37,340 nucleotides of DNA, taken from NCBI GenBank assembly GCA_964508365.1, contig CAZDTP010000021.1, forward strand, positions 13,298-50,637. The letters are read 5' to 3'. The stretch is from an uncultured archaeon (GTDB lineage: Archaea > Asgardarchaeota > Lokiarchaeia > Sigyniarchaeales > SOKP01). Positions 1-10,121 of this stretch are shown here, piece by piece (the stretch's first letter is position 1; each line of letters opens with the position of its first letter). The position numbers and the translations under genes are program-made. The notes under the pieces are model-generated. The model was not told where the DNA came from and searched no databases. It saw only the letters and a program-made list of their open reading frames with translations.

Positions 1-91
1 TTTCCAAGATATCAATTTAGACTATTTTCGTAAGATAGATTAACTATTTTTTTAAAGAAAAAGGTCTCAGAATTATATGTTAAATAGTCTC

Positions 92-1111
92 TTATTTTTC
101 CATTCTTCCAATAAATATGTCATCTCTCTCACAATATGGTTTTGCTTTTGAAGAATTTGGGGGGGTTAATTCTTGTTTTTTATAATTTATTATAACTAAT
201 GCTCCCATAACAATTAAACCCCCAATGATATTCCACAAACCTATAACATCGTTTCGTTGAAAAATTATAGATAAAATAAGAGTTATAAATGGTTGCAAAT
301 ACAAAAACGATGCAACACTTGAAGACTTTAACTTTTTAAGGGAGTAACTCCAAATATAATAGCCAATTACGAAAGCTCCCAAACCTAAATATAAAGCACA
401 TAGAAAAACAATAAGATTTAAGAAATTATTTAAAAAAACATTCATTTGTCCTGTAATTATAATGAGCATAAAGAATTCGATAACACCAAAGATGGAAATA
501 TTCTTTAGATTTTGAAAATCAGTCCTAGAACTGTCAAATTGCTTTACTTTTTTTATAGCAATGGTATAAAATGACCACACCAGAGGAGCTAAAAGAGCAA
601 GGATATAACCTAAGAAATTAGGTGAATTTGGTTGAAGGACTCCAATGTTACCTCCAGTAATTAATAAATACGCTCCAAAGGAAGCAATTACGAAACCAAT
701 TACTTTATTTTTACTCAATTTTTCTTTGAAAATAACAAGTGAAAGTATTGTAATAAGAATAGGGTTGATTAGACAATCTGCAAGTACGGGTAATGAAGGA
801 CCTATCAAGGAAATAGCCGAGTAAATAATAAGAAGGTACAATGATACTCCAGCTAAGCTTGCTAACATTATGTACATCCAATAATTCCTTACTGATCCTT
901 TATTGATGTCTTTATCAAAATTTAAGGAACCTTTTTTATTATTTTTCTTTCTAAGATACAGATCAATTATAATCATTAAAATAGCGGCAATGATTAACCG
1001 GTACAACGCGATCGAAAGCGGTGTAACGAAATCCATAGCTATATCTACAACTATAAATGAAAAGCCCCAGAAAAAAATCATTACAAAAAGTAAAAAATAA
1101 ATCAGTAACAT
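92..1111 (-). CDS. EamA/DMT family transporter
   Basis: 339 aa, about 10 hydrophobic segments in two EamA-like halves (FFWGFSF...YRL; SLVIFKEK; ASFLYLQPFITLILS). Confidence 0.85.
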   Translation of the reverse strand: MLLIYFLLFVMIFFWGFSFIVVDIAMDFVTPLSIALYRLIIAAILMIIIDLYLRKKNNKKGSLNFDKDINKGSVRNYWMYIMLASLAGVSLYLLIIYSAISLIGPSLPVLADCLINPILITILSLVIFKEKLSKNKVIGFVIASFGAYLLITGGNIGVLQPNSPNFLGYILALLAPLVWSFYTIAIKKVKQFDSSRTDFQNLKNISIFGVIEFFMLIIITGQMNVFLNNFLNLIVFLCALYLGLGAFVIGYYIWSYSLKKLKSSSVASFLYLQPFITLILSIIFQRNDVIGLWNIIGGLIVMGALVIINYKKQELTPPNSSKAKPYCERDDIFIGRMEK

Positions 1112-1190
1112 ACTTGACTAAAAAGAATATTTTAAATGAAAAAAGATTTAGAATTATAAGATTAAATAACGATAGACCAAAATAGTATTT

Positions 1191-2687
1191 ATGGTGTTGG
1201 AAAATTTAGAACCAAAAATTGTATGGAAAATATTTGAAACGATAACAAAAACTCCGAGACCTTCTAAACATGAAGAAAGAATCCGTGAAGTGATAAAAGA
1301 TTTTATTTTAGAATCTGGTAAATTAAATAATACTGATTTTCAGATTAATCAAGATTCCGTAGGAAATATCTTAATTAGAAAACCTGCTACAAGAGGTATG
1401 GAATTAGCTCCTTATTTAATGCTTCAAGCACATATGGATATGGTATGCGAAACAGATAGAGCAGAAGGATTTGATTTTATGAATTCTGGAATCCCAATTA
1501 GAATTCAAGACAATGGTGAATGGGTAGATGCTGATGGAACTACACTAGGTGCTGATAACGGCATTGGTGTAGCACTTGCACTAGCCACTTTAGTTGATCA
1601 ATCAATAAAAGCTCACGGTCCAATTGAAGTTTTACTTACTGTAAATGAGGAAGATGGTTTTGATGGGGCCACTCTATTAGATCCTCTAGCTCTTGACATA
1701 AAAAGTAAATTGATGATTAATCTCGATGGTGGTCCTTTAGAAGATATTGTAGTTGGTTCCGTTTGTGGAAGACGAATAAGATTCTCAAAGAAATTTAATT
1801 TGATAGAAGTCAATGAAAGTGATAATTTAGAATTCTATGAAATAGTAGTACAAGGATTATTAAGTGGGCACTCAGGAGAAGACATACACTTACCAAGAGC
1901 TAATGCCAATAAGTTAGCAGCTAGGATCATATCAAATATTTCACAAGAAATGAAAATCTTCGTCAGCAAGTGGCAAGGTGGAACAAAATCTAATGTAATC
2001 CCTGCTAAATCTTCAATAATAATAGGATTTGCTTCAAAAAATAATCAGAAATTTGAGGAATTGCTTAACGAGGAAATCTCATCAATATTACAATATTACG
2101 AAAAATTCGAACCTAACCTGAAAATAAAATCCATAAAAGCTCTACCAAGGAAGTATTTAACAGAGGAGGAATCTAAATTATTAATCTCGACCATTAATAT
2201 AATCCCTCATGGTGTCTTAAAAATATCCTCTATTTACGATAAATTTATAGAAAGCTCCAATAATCTTGGTATCATTGACACAGAAAAAGAAACCGAAATG
2301 ATCTGGCTTTATCCGCGAAGTATTATCAGAAGTGAAATGAATTCGTTTTGCGTCTCTATGAAACAACTAGGAGAAATCGGAGGTTGGAAGGTGTTTTTGA
2401 GACCAGTTTTACCCGAATGGCTCCCAGATCTAGAATCTAACTTCTTAAATTATGTAAAAACGGAGTATGAAGATTTATTGAAAAAGAATGTAAAAACAAC
2501 GGTGGTTCATGGTGGTTTAGAAACTGGAATGATTAGCACTAGGATAAGTGGGCTCCAGATGGTCTCCCTTGGTCCGACTGTAGAAGGTTTACATTCTCCG
2601 AGCGAAAAATTAAAAATTACTGATGTTGGAGTGCTATATACACTAATTAAGAAATTAATCGAGAATACGTTAAAATTAAATCAGTAG
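1191..2687 (+). CDS. pepD: M20 family aminoacyl-histidine dipeptidase (PepD-like)
   Basis: Motifs QAHMDMV, GADNGIG, NEEDG, GHSG, HGGLE, HSPSE; 498 aa matches PepD length. Confidence 0.9.
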   Translation: MVLENLEPKIVWKIFETITKTPRPSKHEERIREVIKDFILESGKLNNTDFQINQDSVGNILIRKPATRGMELAPYLMLQAHMDMVCETDRAEGFDFMNSGIPIRIQDNGEWVDADGTTLGADNGIGVALALATLVDQSIKAHGPIEVLLTVNEEDGFDGATLLDPLALDIKSKLMINLDGGPLEDIVVGSVCGRRIRFSKKFNLIEVNESDNLEFYEIVVQGLLSGHSGEDIHLPRANANKLAARIISNISQEMKIFVSKWQGGTKSNVIPAKSSIIIGFASKNNQKFEELLNEEISSILQYYEKFEPNLKIKSIKALPRKYLTEEESKLLISTINIIPHGVLKISSIYDKFIESSNNLGIIDTEKETEMIWLYPRSIIRSEMNSFCVSMKQLGEIGGWKVFLRPVLPEWLPDLESNFLNYVKTEYEDLLKKNVKTTVVHGGLETGMISTRISGLQMVSLGPTVEGLHSPSEKLKITDVGVLYTLIKKLIENTLKLNQ

Positions 2688-2730
2688 TATTAATAAAATT
2701 ACTAAAATATGTGTTATTATTTATTTCACT

Positions 2731-4020
2731 CTAAGCATCTTCTAAATTAATAATTTCTTTAAGGTATTCAAGAGCATAATTTTTTTTATTATCATCAAGC
2801 TTACACTCCGTTACTTTCCAAAATCTATATTCGTGATTTAAATACGCGGGACACTTGTTTCTTATATCTTCAGGGCAATCTGTAAGTCGCCAGCACTGAA
2901 ATAATTTTTTTGTATAATACTTATGAAATTTTTTAGGTAATTTCTTAAAATCAAATTTTGTTTCTCTAAGATATTTATCTAAATCGTTCGAATTATAAGT
3001 ATTCCAAAATAGAATTTTTTTTGATTTATTTTCCTCTTTTTCCATAAACTCTAGCATTGCTGCCATGGTTTTTCCTGTATATGTGGTATCTAGTTTGAAA
3101 TCGCTTTTTTTCCCTTCTAGCTCATAGATTAAATCTACAGCGTTTTGACCTTTAATTGTTTTTACTCCATACCCCGATCCTAGATATCCTTTAAAAATTT
3201 CGAAATCTTCTTCAGTAATGTCTACATTTTCAACACTATCATCTCTTTTTCTCAAGTATTTAATAGCTTTTTTCGCGATTTTAATAATAGCTTTAGGATT
3301 GACGACTATATCTTGAGATACTTTTACAGCAATCACTTTAGTTTTTAATCCCAAGAGCTTGCAACCTGCAGCTAACCCTGCCGACGTTCCACTCGATCCT
3401 GCTGCTACAAAAATATAATCTGGTTCGGGTAATAATCCTTTATCTATTTGCTTTTTTACCTCAATTATAGCGTTAATAAAACCAATTGATCCTAAAGGTG
3501 TTCCAACTCCTAGAATTGGTGATCCTCCTATTGACATTAGATAATATTTCGGATGAACTAATCTAAAAAGCAAACTTTTGAGAATTCCAAATTCAAAACT
3601 CTTTGTGAAATGTAATTTTGCTCCAAAGTAATCGTATAGTAGAAGAGAACGTTGAACATGCCAAGTTAACGGTTGGAGAGATAAAAATAACTCACAATTT
3701 AAACCGAGTTCTTTTGCTATTATTGCACAAGCTATTCCATGGTTCGTTCCAATCCCTCCTAAGGTGATTATCCCTTTCTTTTTTTTGATGAGCGCTTCTC
3801 CAAAGATAAATTCAAACTTTCGAGGTTTATTGCCCCCATATATGTTATGTATTTTATCATCCCGCTTAATATATATTTCTCCACCTTTTAAATCTAAGTA
3901 TGTTTCTAATTCATTTAACCTTTCAACTTTAGATGGTGTTCCCGTTAAAAGAGGTACCCAAGGGACTCTTTCTTCTAACCTAGGATATACATCAAACAAA
4001 ATAGGCTTTTTCTTCACCAT
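2731..4020 (-). CDS. PLP-dependent D-cysteine desulfhydrase / ACC deaminase family protein with C-terminal Cys/Trp-rich extension
   Basis: YGGNKPRK PLP-lysine motif, GGIGTNHG, AAGSSGTSAGL, LDTTYTGK; about 54 aa tail CWxxxxC...CPAY...FW...C. Confidence 0.85.
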   Translation of the reverse strand: MVKKKPILFDVYPRLEERVPWVPLLTGTPSKVERLNELETYLDLKGGEIYIKRDDKIHNIYGGNKPRKFEFIFGEALIKKKKGIITLGGIGTNHGIACAIIAKELGLNCELFLSLQPLTWHVQRSLLLYDYFGAKLHFTKSFEFGILKSLLFRLVHPKYYLMSIGGSPILGVGTPLGSIGFINAIIEVKKQIDKGLLPEPDYIFVAAGSSGTSAGLAAGCKLLGLKTKVIAVKVSQDIVVNPKAIIKIAKKAIKYLRKRDDSVENVDITEEDFEIFKGYLGSGYGVKTIKGQNAVDLIYELEGKKSDFKLDTTYTGKTMAAMLEFMEKEENKSKKILFWNTYNSNDLDKYLRETKFDFKKLPKKFHKYYTKKLFQCWRLTDCPEDIRNKCPAYLNHEYRFWKVTECKLDDNKKNYALEYLKEIINLEDA

Positions 4021-4200
4021 GAGGATTAAAATTTGTCATTACAAAAAAAAGCTTTTAAAATAAGGTATATGAATTGACAATTCTATCAGAAATTAAGGTA
4101 AAAATCCATTTTAAAGTTAATCAAAAATTTTTAAATAATTCTATCAAATAAGATATCAATGAAATTAGATTTTTAAGACTTTTATTCAGGTTATTTTGAA

Positions 4201-5400
4201 ATGGATTTTGCGATTAAAGATTATTCATTATTGGATGATATTGGACCTGAAAAAATTATAATAATAAAAAACCCATCAACAGACTTAAACTCTGTTTTGG
4301 TTATAGATAATTCTGATTATGGAATTCCCGCTGGTGGTGTAAGAATTGCTCCCGATATCTCTCTTGATGAAATTATTCGATTATCACGGGCAATGTCGAT
4401 GAAATTTTGTGCTTATAGGTTGAAACTTGGGGGCGCAAAAGCGGGTATATGGGGTGATCCCCGTGATAAAGAGAAAAAAGAAATTTTACTTACAAGTTTT
4501 GCAAAAGCTACTGAAACTTTTATTAAAAACGATGTGTATTATCCTGGTCCAGATATGGGAACTGATGACGATGATCTTTTAAAAATGTTTAGTGTAATGG
4601 GAGTTCCGAATTTAGCACCAAAAAAAATTGGGATGATAAAGCTAGGAGTACCTGTTGAAGAATTATTTACGGGTTATGGTGTAGTAAATTGCTTAGAAGT
4701 AATCTATAATAATTTAGAGAAGCTTACTAAGAAAAAGTATGATACATCTAAAAAACCGAAAATTCTATTGGAGGGATTTGGTAAAGTAGGAACTGCTATT
4801 GCAATGAGCTTAAAAGAATTAGATTTTACCTTAACAGGTGTATCAACAATAAATGGTGCTATTTTTGATGAAGGTGGGCTTGATATTGAAGAATTATTAA
4901 AATTAAAGTTAGGCTACGGAGACGATTTAGTCAACCAATATAATAGTAAAAATCTTATCAGAATTCCGAAAGAAAAACTCTTTGAATTATCATCAGAGTA
5001 TCCCACGGATTTTATTATACCCGGAGCTCGACCTGATGTAATTAATAAAAATAATATTGAAAAAATCAACGCAATAGCGCTAGTTCCGGCCGCAAACATA
5101 CCTTATGAGAAAGGTTCTACTGATATTTTAAAAGAGAAAGGAATTATTGCATTCCCCGATTTCATAGCGAATGCAGGTGAAGTTTTAGCAATTTTAGTTA
5201 ATAAAGTTGCCAAAAACGCTGATGAAATATTTAATTACATTAAATCGAAAATTTCAAGAAAAACATTTGAAGTGATTCAAGGTGCCGTGGAAAAAAATCT
5301 GTCATCGTACGATTATGCTATTGCTGATTCTCTAAATGAATTATCAAAAAAAATTAAACGTAAAACAAACTCACTAGAAAAATTAAACAAAAGATTCTAA
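4201..5400 (+). CDS. Glu/Leu/Phe/Val dehydrogenase family protein
   Basis: GGVR, MSMK, GGAKAG catalytic Lys, PGPDMGT, EGFGKVG dinucleotide motif, PAANIP, PDFIANAG. Confidence 0.9.
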   Translation: MDFAIKDYSLLDDIGPEKIIIIKNPSTDLNSVLVIDNSDYGIPAGGVRIAPDISLDEIIRLSRAMSMKFCAYRLKLGGAKAGIWGDPRDKEKKEILLTSFAKATETFIKNDVYYPGPDMGTDDDDLLKMFSVMGVPNLAPKKIGMIKLGVPVEELFTGYGVVNCLEVIYNNLEKLTKKKYDTSKKPKILLEGFGKVGTAIAMSLKELDFTLTGVSTINGAIFDEGGLDIEELLKLKLGYGDDLVNQYNSKNLIRIPKEKLFELSSEYPTDFIIPGARPDVINKNNIEKINAIALVPAANIPYEKGSTDILKEKGIIAFPDFIANAGEVLAILVNKVAKNADEIFNYIKSKISRKTFEVIQGAVEKNLSSYDYAIADSLNELSKKIKRKTNSLEKLNKRF

Positions 5401-5522
5401 ATTTCGAGTAATATCAATATTATTAAACACTTATATATTTTTAAACCAAAAAATAAAGTAATTAAAAATTTAGTAAAAATGTAGTATTTTATTATAAAAT
5501 TAGACAAATTTGTGAAAGAATT

Positions 5523-6983
5523 ATGGTTGAAGATAAAGAATTAAAACGGGGTATTAACTTACCCATAGCGATCTTTATAATAATTGGAATGGTAATCGGA
5601 GCGGGAATATGGGTTTCGCCAGCAGCTTATCTCTCAAGAACGGGACCTGGGATATTCATCGCATATTTAATTGCTGTTATTCCCGCTGTTTTTGTTGCTT
5701 TTCTCATAGCTTACATTGGATCTGCTTTTCCCGTAGCCGGTGGCACGTATGTAATAACTAGTAGACTATTAGGTGGATTTGGAGGTTTCATGACTGTCTG
5801 GCTGGTGATTTTAGCAGTCGGAGCTACTATAGCTTTCTTAGCTGCGACATTAGGCGTATTTATAGGTCAAGCTTTAGGAATTCCCCCTGAATCGGAAATG
5901 TTATTTGTATTAATCGTTGGAATTTCTGTTTTAGTCATTTTCTACTTCCTAAATTGGATAAAAGTAGAAATTTCTGGTTTAATCGAATTACTCCTTACAA
6001 TTTTCGGAGACGTTTTAGTCATGGTGATATTTATAATAGCGGCGATTCCATACTTTAATCCTTCGAATTTTGAACCTCTGTTTCCAATAGGTCTTGAACC
6101 TGTTATGTTTGCTGCTTTAACTTTCTTTTTCTCTTATACAGGATTCACTTTAATTTTAGATGTTGCTGGAGAGGTTAAAAATCCAAAAAAGAATATACCT
6201 CGTGCGCTATTAATTAGTATGATAACACTCACAATTTTATATGTTTTACAAGCGCTAATGGTTGCTGGAATTCAACCATGGGATAGTCCTGTTGGGACCG
6301 TTACAGAAATTCTCATTCTTGGAGGTATCTTACCTCCCGAACTGATTATGGTTATGATAGTTCTCATTTCCATTGCTATCGCTTCTACCATCCATCCATC
6401 TTACATGGCGTATTCTCGAGACATACTTGTAGCAGCAAGAGAGCAAATGTTTCCAAAAATTTTTACAAAGGTAAATAAAAAACACAAAACACCAAGACCT
6501 GCATTAACACTTTTGCTTGTTGCTGGAATTTTCCTCTTTGTAACCGTTATACCTTTACTCGGACCATCTTATGGTATTGAAACCGCAGGCGTGCTATTGA
6601 GCGCTGTTACAGCTACTGTTGTACTCATACTTCAAATACCTATATCTGTAGCAGTATTTATCCTTCCAAAGAAGTTTCCTGAGTGGCACGAAAAAGCAGG
6701 CTTCAAACCAGCATCTTGGATTTTAAAAACTATAGGAGTATTGGGTTCTATTTCTTCTCTCATCTTTGTTCTACTATTGTTCACTGATCCTGATGCGGGG
6801 TTAATAATTGCTATGATCGTATTTCCCTTCTCTGCTGTTGGAGCAATAGTATATTTATTTAGAAGAAAAACCCTTGTAAAGAGAGGAATTAATATTAAAC
6901 AAATGATGAAAACGCTTCCAGAATCAGTATCCGTTGAAGAAGGAGTACCGAGCAAGGTGGAAAGATTAGCGAAAGAAAAATAG
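5523..6983 (+). CDS. APC family amino acid permease
   Basis: About 12 TM segments; IGMVIGAGIW (TM1), FPVAGGTY, AGEVKNPKKNIP, SRDILVAAREQMFP. Confidence 0.9.
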   Translation: MVEDKELKRGINLPIAIFIIIGMVIGAGIWVSPAAYLSRTGPGIFIAYLIAVIPAVFVAFLIAYIGSAFPVAGGTYVITSRLLGGFGGFMTVWLVILAVGATIAFLAATLGVFIGQALGIPPESEMLFVLIVGISVLVIFYFLNWIKVEISGLIELLLTIFGDVLVMVIFIIAAIPYFNPSNFEPLFPIGLEPVMFAALTFFFSYTGFTLILDVAGEVKNPKKNIPRALLISMITLTILYVLQALMVAGIQPWDSPVGTVTEILILGGILPPELIMVMIVLISIAIASTIHPSYMAYSRDILVAAREQMFPKIFTKVNKKHKTPRPALTLLLVAGIFLFVTVIPLLGPSYGIETAGVLLSAVTATVVLILQIPISVAVFILPKKFPEWHEKAGFKPASWILKTIGVLGSISSLIFVLLLFTDPDAGLIIAMIVFPFSAVGAIVYLFRRKTLVKRGINIKQMMKTLPESVSVEEGVPSKVERLAKEK

Positions 6984-6997
6984 TAATACAATAATAA

Positions 6998-7015
6998 TTT
7001 TTTTTTAATTTTTTT
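6998..7015 (+). terminator. Oligo-T archaeal terminator candidate after the APC permease
   Basis: T9-AA-T7 run between convergent stop codons. Confidence 0.45.
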
Positions 7016-7017
7016 AT

Positions 7018-7923
7018 CTAGGATAATATATAGCCATCTTCTTTTTTTGAAATTAATCCTCGTGATAGAAATTTCTCTAAGTGTTTTTCAACCATAAGAA
7101 GTTCAGCAATAACTTCAAAATCCTTAAAAGACGAATATTTTCTATATATAATATTGTTATTTTTAAATTCTTTTAGTTTAATTGGTCTACTTCTTTCAGA
7201 GAAGAAAGCGAGAATTCTATCGTCCCGTTCTTGCAAGATTGATTTGTAACTTTCAATTTCCTCATTAATTTGGTTCTTTCCTTCAATTATTCCCCTATGT
7301 CCTGTAACCACAATATTTAAATCCAAACTCTTAATTTTAGCTATTGATTCCTCAAATTCAATTAAACTTGCATCAAGATTTCCATAGTAGGGATGTCTAG
7401 TAAGGTCAATATCCCCAAGAAAAGCTATCTTTGAATTTAGCTCATAAAATGCACAATGTCCTGCTGTGTGACCGGGTGTAAAAAGAACTTTTAATTTCAA
7501 CTGATCACCAATGTCAAAAATATCATTATCTTCAACTGTAGTGTCTATTTTAATGTTATGCATCCTTAGAAGTTTGATTAAGCTTTTTAATTCGTCTTCA
7601 ATAGGAGTATTTCTAACGTTGTAGAGAGGTATCATTTTTTCGACATTTTCAATCGGTAGCTTATCATTGGAATGACAATAGAACTTCACATTTTTTAATA
7701 GATAATTTCCTGAAATGTGATCTTCGTGCCAATGACTTAAAAACACGTGTTTTATTGGAAATGTTCTTTTTAATTTTCGGAGATGGTTGGGAGAAATTCC
7801 TGTATCGATGAGGTGATCTCCAACCAAAAGTGAATTGGAATAAGGATACCTAGCATTATTTTTTCCTTTGATAAAAAAAATGTCAGAAAAATCTTCACTT
7901 AACGGTTGTATGAAATCATCCAT
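7018..7923 (-). CDS. MBL-fold metallo-hydrolase
   Basis: SHWHEDH (HxHxDH), PGHTAGH, GD and TGH metal-ligand motifs. Confidence 0.9.
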   Translation of the reverse strand: MDDFIQPLSEDFSDIFFIKGKNNARYPYSNSLLVGDHLIDTGISPNHLRKLKRTFPIKHVFLSHWHEDHISGNYLLKNVKFYCHSNDKLPIENVEKMIPLYNVRNTPIEDELKSLIKLLRMHNIKIDTTVEDNDIFDIGDQLKLKVLFTPGHTAGHCAFYELNSKIAFLGDIDLTRHPYYGNLDASLIEFEESIAKIKSLDLNIVVTGHRGIIEGKNQINEEIESYKSILQERDDRILAFFSERSRPIKLKEFKNNNIIYRKYSSFKDFEVIAELLMVEKHLEKFLSRGLISKKEDGYILS

Positions 7924-8048
7924 GAGATATATTTCATAATCTGAATATTAAAAAAAAATTAATGATTTTCTAAATTAAATATGAGAAACTAATTGATTCC
8001 ACTTTTGTCAATAGGGATTTTATTAAATATATGGAGAAAAACTAAGAC

Positions 8049-9461
8049 TTGAGTGAAAAACCAAAATTATTGAAGAAATTCAGTGCTTTTTTTATATTTG
8101 CGGGATTTTCCCAGATGGCTATATATTCTATAATCGTTAATTTCGTTCCGATATCTTATATAATTTGGCCTGAAGAACCATATCATGCTTTTGAAATAGG
8201 ACTTCTATTAGCAGCGTATTTTTGGGCTATGTCAATCGCTGGGATTGTTTTCGGTAGATTAGTTGATAAATATTCCAGAAAAAAAATCTATCTAACCTGT
8301 CAGTCACTCAGAGGAATCTTATTGTATTTGCTCGCAAGTATTCCAATGGGACAGGGGATAAGTAGCTTCTGGATTGTTTTTTTAATTGGAATTGGTTTAG
8401 GTGCATCTGGGGGATTACTTGGTCCTGCGATTCATTCGTTTAGTAACGATGTTTTAGAAAGAGACCAAAGATCTCAATTTTTTGGAGTACTGGGAACAAT
8501 TGATATGATTTCCTCTCTCGCTGGACCGTTAATTAGCTCGTTTCTTATTCAATTTGGATATTGGAGTATTTATTTCTTAACATCTAGTATTATAATATTA
8601 ATATTAGTGATATACGGAGCTTTTTCTCTTCAAGAACCAAAGCGCGCTGCCAAAACTGAAGGTATCAAAGATATTATTCAGATGAGCGATATAACTTACG
8701 AATACCAAATCAATATGAAGACTCTTCGTTCAACAATGTTGAGTAAAACCAATCTTGCAGCATTAATTGAAGGGCTATTTACTTGCCTTTTTTACAAAAT
8801 GACTGAGTCTTTAATCCTTCCATATGTTCAAACGCCTCCTCATAATGTATCTCCGTTTAATACAATGCTCATTTTAATTGGATTTGGATTTCCAGGTGCA
8901 ATATTAAGCCAATTACTTTTAGCAAAAAAATCTGATGCTTTAGGAAAAAGGAATCCCATAATACGAATAAAATTTATAGTTTTTAGCCTTTTTGCGGGTT
9001 TTCTTTTCGTATTCGTTTATTTCTTCTTGCCTTTTCCAAATTTAACACTGGAACAAGGATATGATACTAGTATACTAATTTATTACCCAATTATATGGGT
9101 TGTAGGAATACTTATTTTCGGTCAACGCGCTATCCAAGGAATTTACAATATTAACCAACCTCCGATAATACAGGATATTAATCTCCCCGAAGCTCAGGGC
9201 CAAATTAGAGCTTGGAACCAGTTTTTAGAGACAATTGGTAATGGATTAGGGCCTCTGTTAGGGGGTCTCTTATTATATAACTTAAGCAACAATTACCAAT
9301 TAGCGGCAATTATTTCTATCTTAATTGGAATACCAGGAGTAATTCTTTGGATTTCTGCGCTTAAATTTTATCAAAAAGATAAGGATCGAATTCGAGAAAT
9401 CATTGATAAAAGAGCTGATCAAATGAAAAGAGATATTTCACAAAATAGAAGTATAAGTTAA
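8049..9461 (+). CDS. MFS transporter
   Basis: About 12 TM segments; motif A GRLVDKYSRK and its second-half copy KKSDALGKRN; TTG start. Confidence 0.85.
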   Translation: MSEKPKLLKKFSAFFIFAGFSQMAIYSIIVNFVPISYIIWPEEPYHAFEIGLLLAAYFWAMSIAGIVFGRLVDKYSRKKIYLTCQSLRGILLYLLASIPMGQGISSFWIVFLIGIGLGASGGLLGPAIHSFSNDVLERDQRSQFFGVLGTIDMISSLAGPLISSFLIQFGYWSIYFLTSSIIILILVIYGAFSLQEPKRAAKTEGIKDIIQMSDITYEYQINMKTLRSTMLSKTNLAALIEGLFTCLFYKMTESLILPYVQTPPHNVSPFNTMLILIGFGFPGAILSQLLLAKKSDALGKRNPIIRIKFIVFSLFAGFLFVFVYFFLPFPNLTLEQGYDTSILIYYPIIWVVGILIFGQRAIQGIYNINQPPIIQDINLPEAQGQIRAWNQFLETIGNGLGPLLGGLLLYNLSNNYQLAAIISILIGIPGVILWISALKFYQKDKDRIREIIDKRADQMKRDISQNRSIS

Positions 9462-9579
9462 AAATTTTTAATCTTATTCCAATTGGTTTTAAATAACAAT
9501 AATAACACATTGAATTTAGGAAAAGCTCTAAGATAAGCATAAAACATTTTGTATAAACAATATTTTATAAAGTGATGAA

Positions 9580-9873
9580 ATGAGAGAAGAAGATCTAATG
9601 AGATTGTTAGCGGGCATAGGTGGAGCAATCACATTAATTGAAACTGTATTAAGTATTAACGAAAGGAATGTCGATACTTCTAAAGTAATATTAATAATAA
9701 CTTCAATAATTCTTGCTGTAATTGTTTTACTCAGTGTTATTCGACCTGGTGATCCGGTACCTATGAATTGGCTATTATTTGTAGTAATAGGTATAGTTAT
9801 TATTATATTTAGTAGCTTAGCTGGAGGAATATTAATCTTAGTTGCAGGATTTATTGGATACACAGAAAAATAA
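9580..9873 (+). CDS. Small integral membrane protein, function unknown
   Basis: 97 aa with 3-4 hydrophobic helices; the overlapping antisense ORF reads as its shadow. Confidence 0.7.
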   Translation: MREEDLMRLLAGIGGAITLIETVLSINERNVDTSKVILIITSIILAVIVLLSVIRPGDPVPMNWLLFVVIGIVIIIFSSLAGGILILVAGFIGYTEK

Positions 9874-10121
9874 AGTAAAAATTAGTTGTTTAGGCATCTA
9901 TCTTTCTTTTATTACTACTTAATAACTTTTTGCAATATAAACGATACAAGTTGCAGGTTTTCCACAAATTAAGCAAGTGGCGAACTCATGTTTCTCTCCG
10001 TAAATATAGTGAATATAAATTAATTTTAACAAATTATCGTAAAATTTCACGAAATTGTTAAATATTAAATGTGAATCTAATACTCCTATAAAAGATTATT
10101 TTTGCAAAATTCAAAAAAGTT

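Noticed and set aside
2-43. Possible 3' end of an upstream CDS (FQDINLDYFRKID*)
   Set aside because: Only 13 codons; it cannot be distinguished from chance
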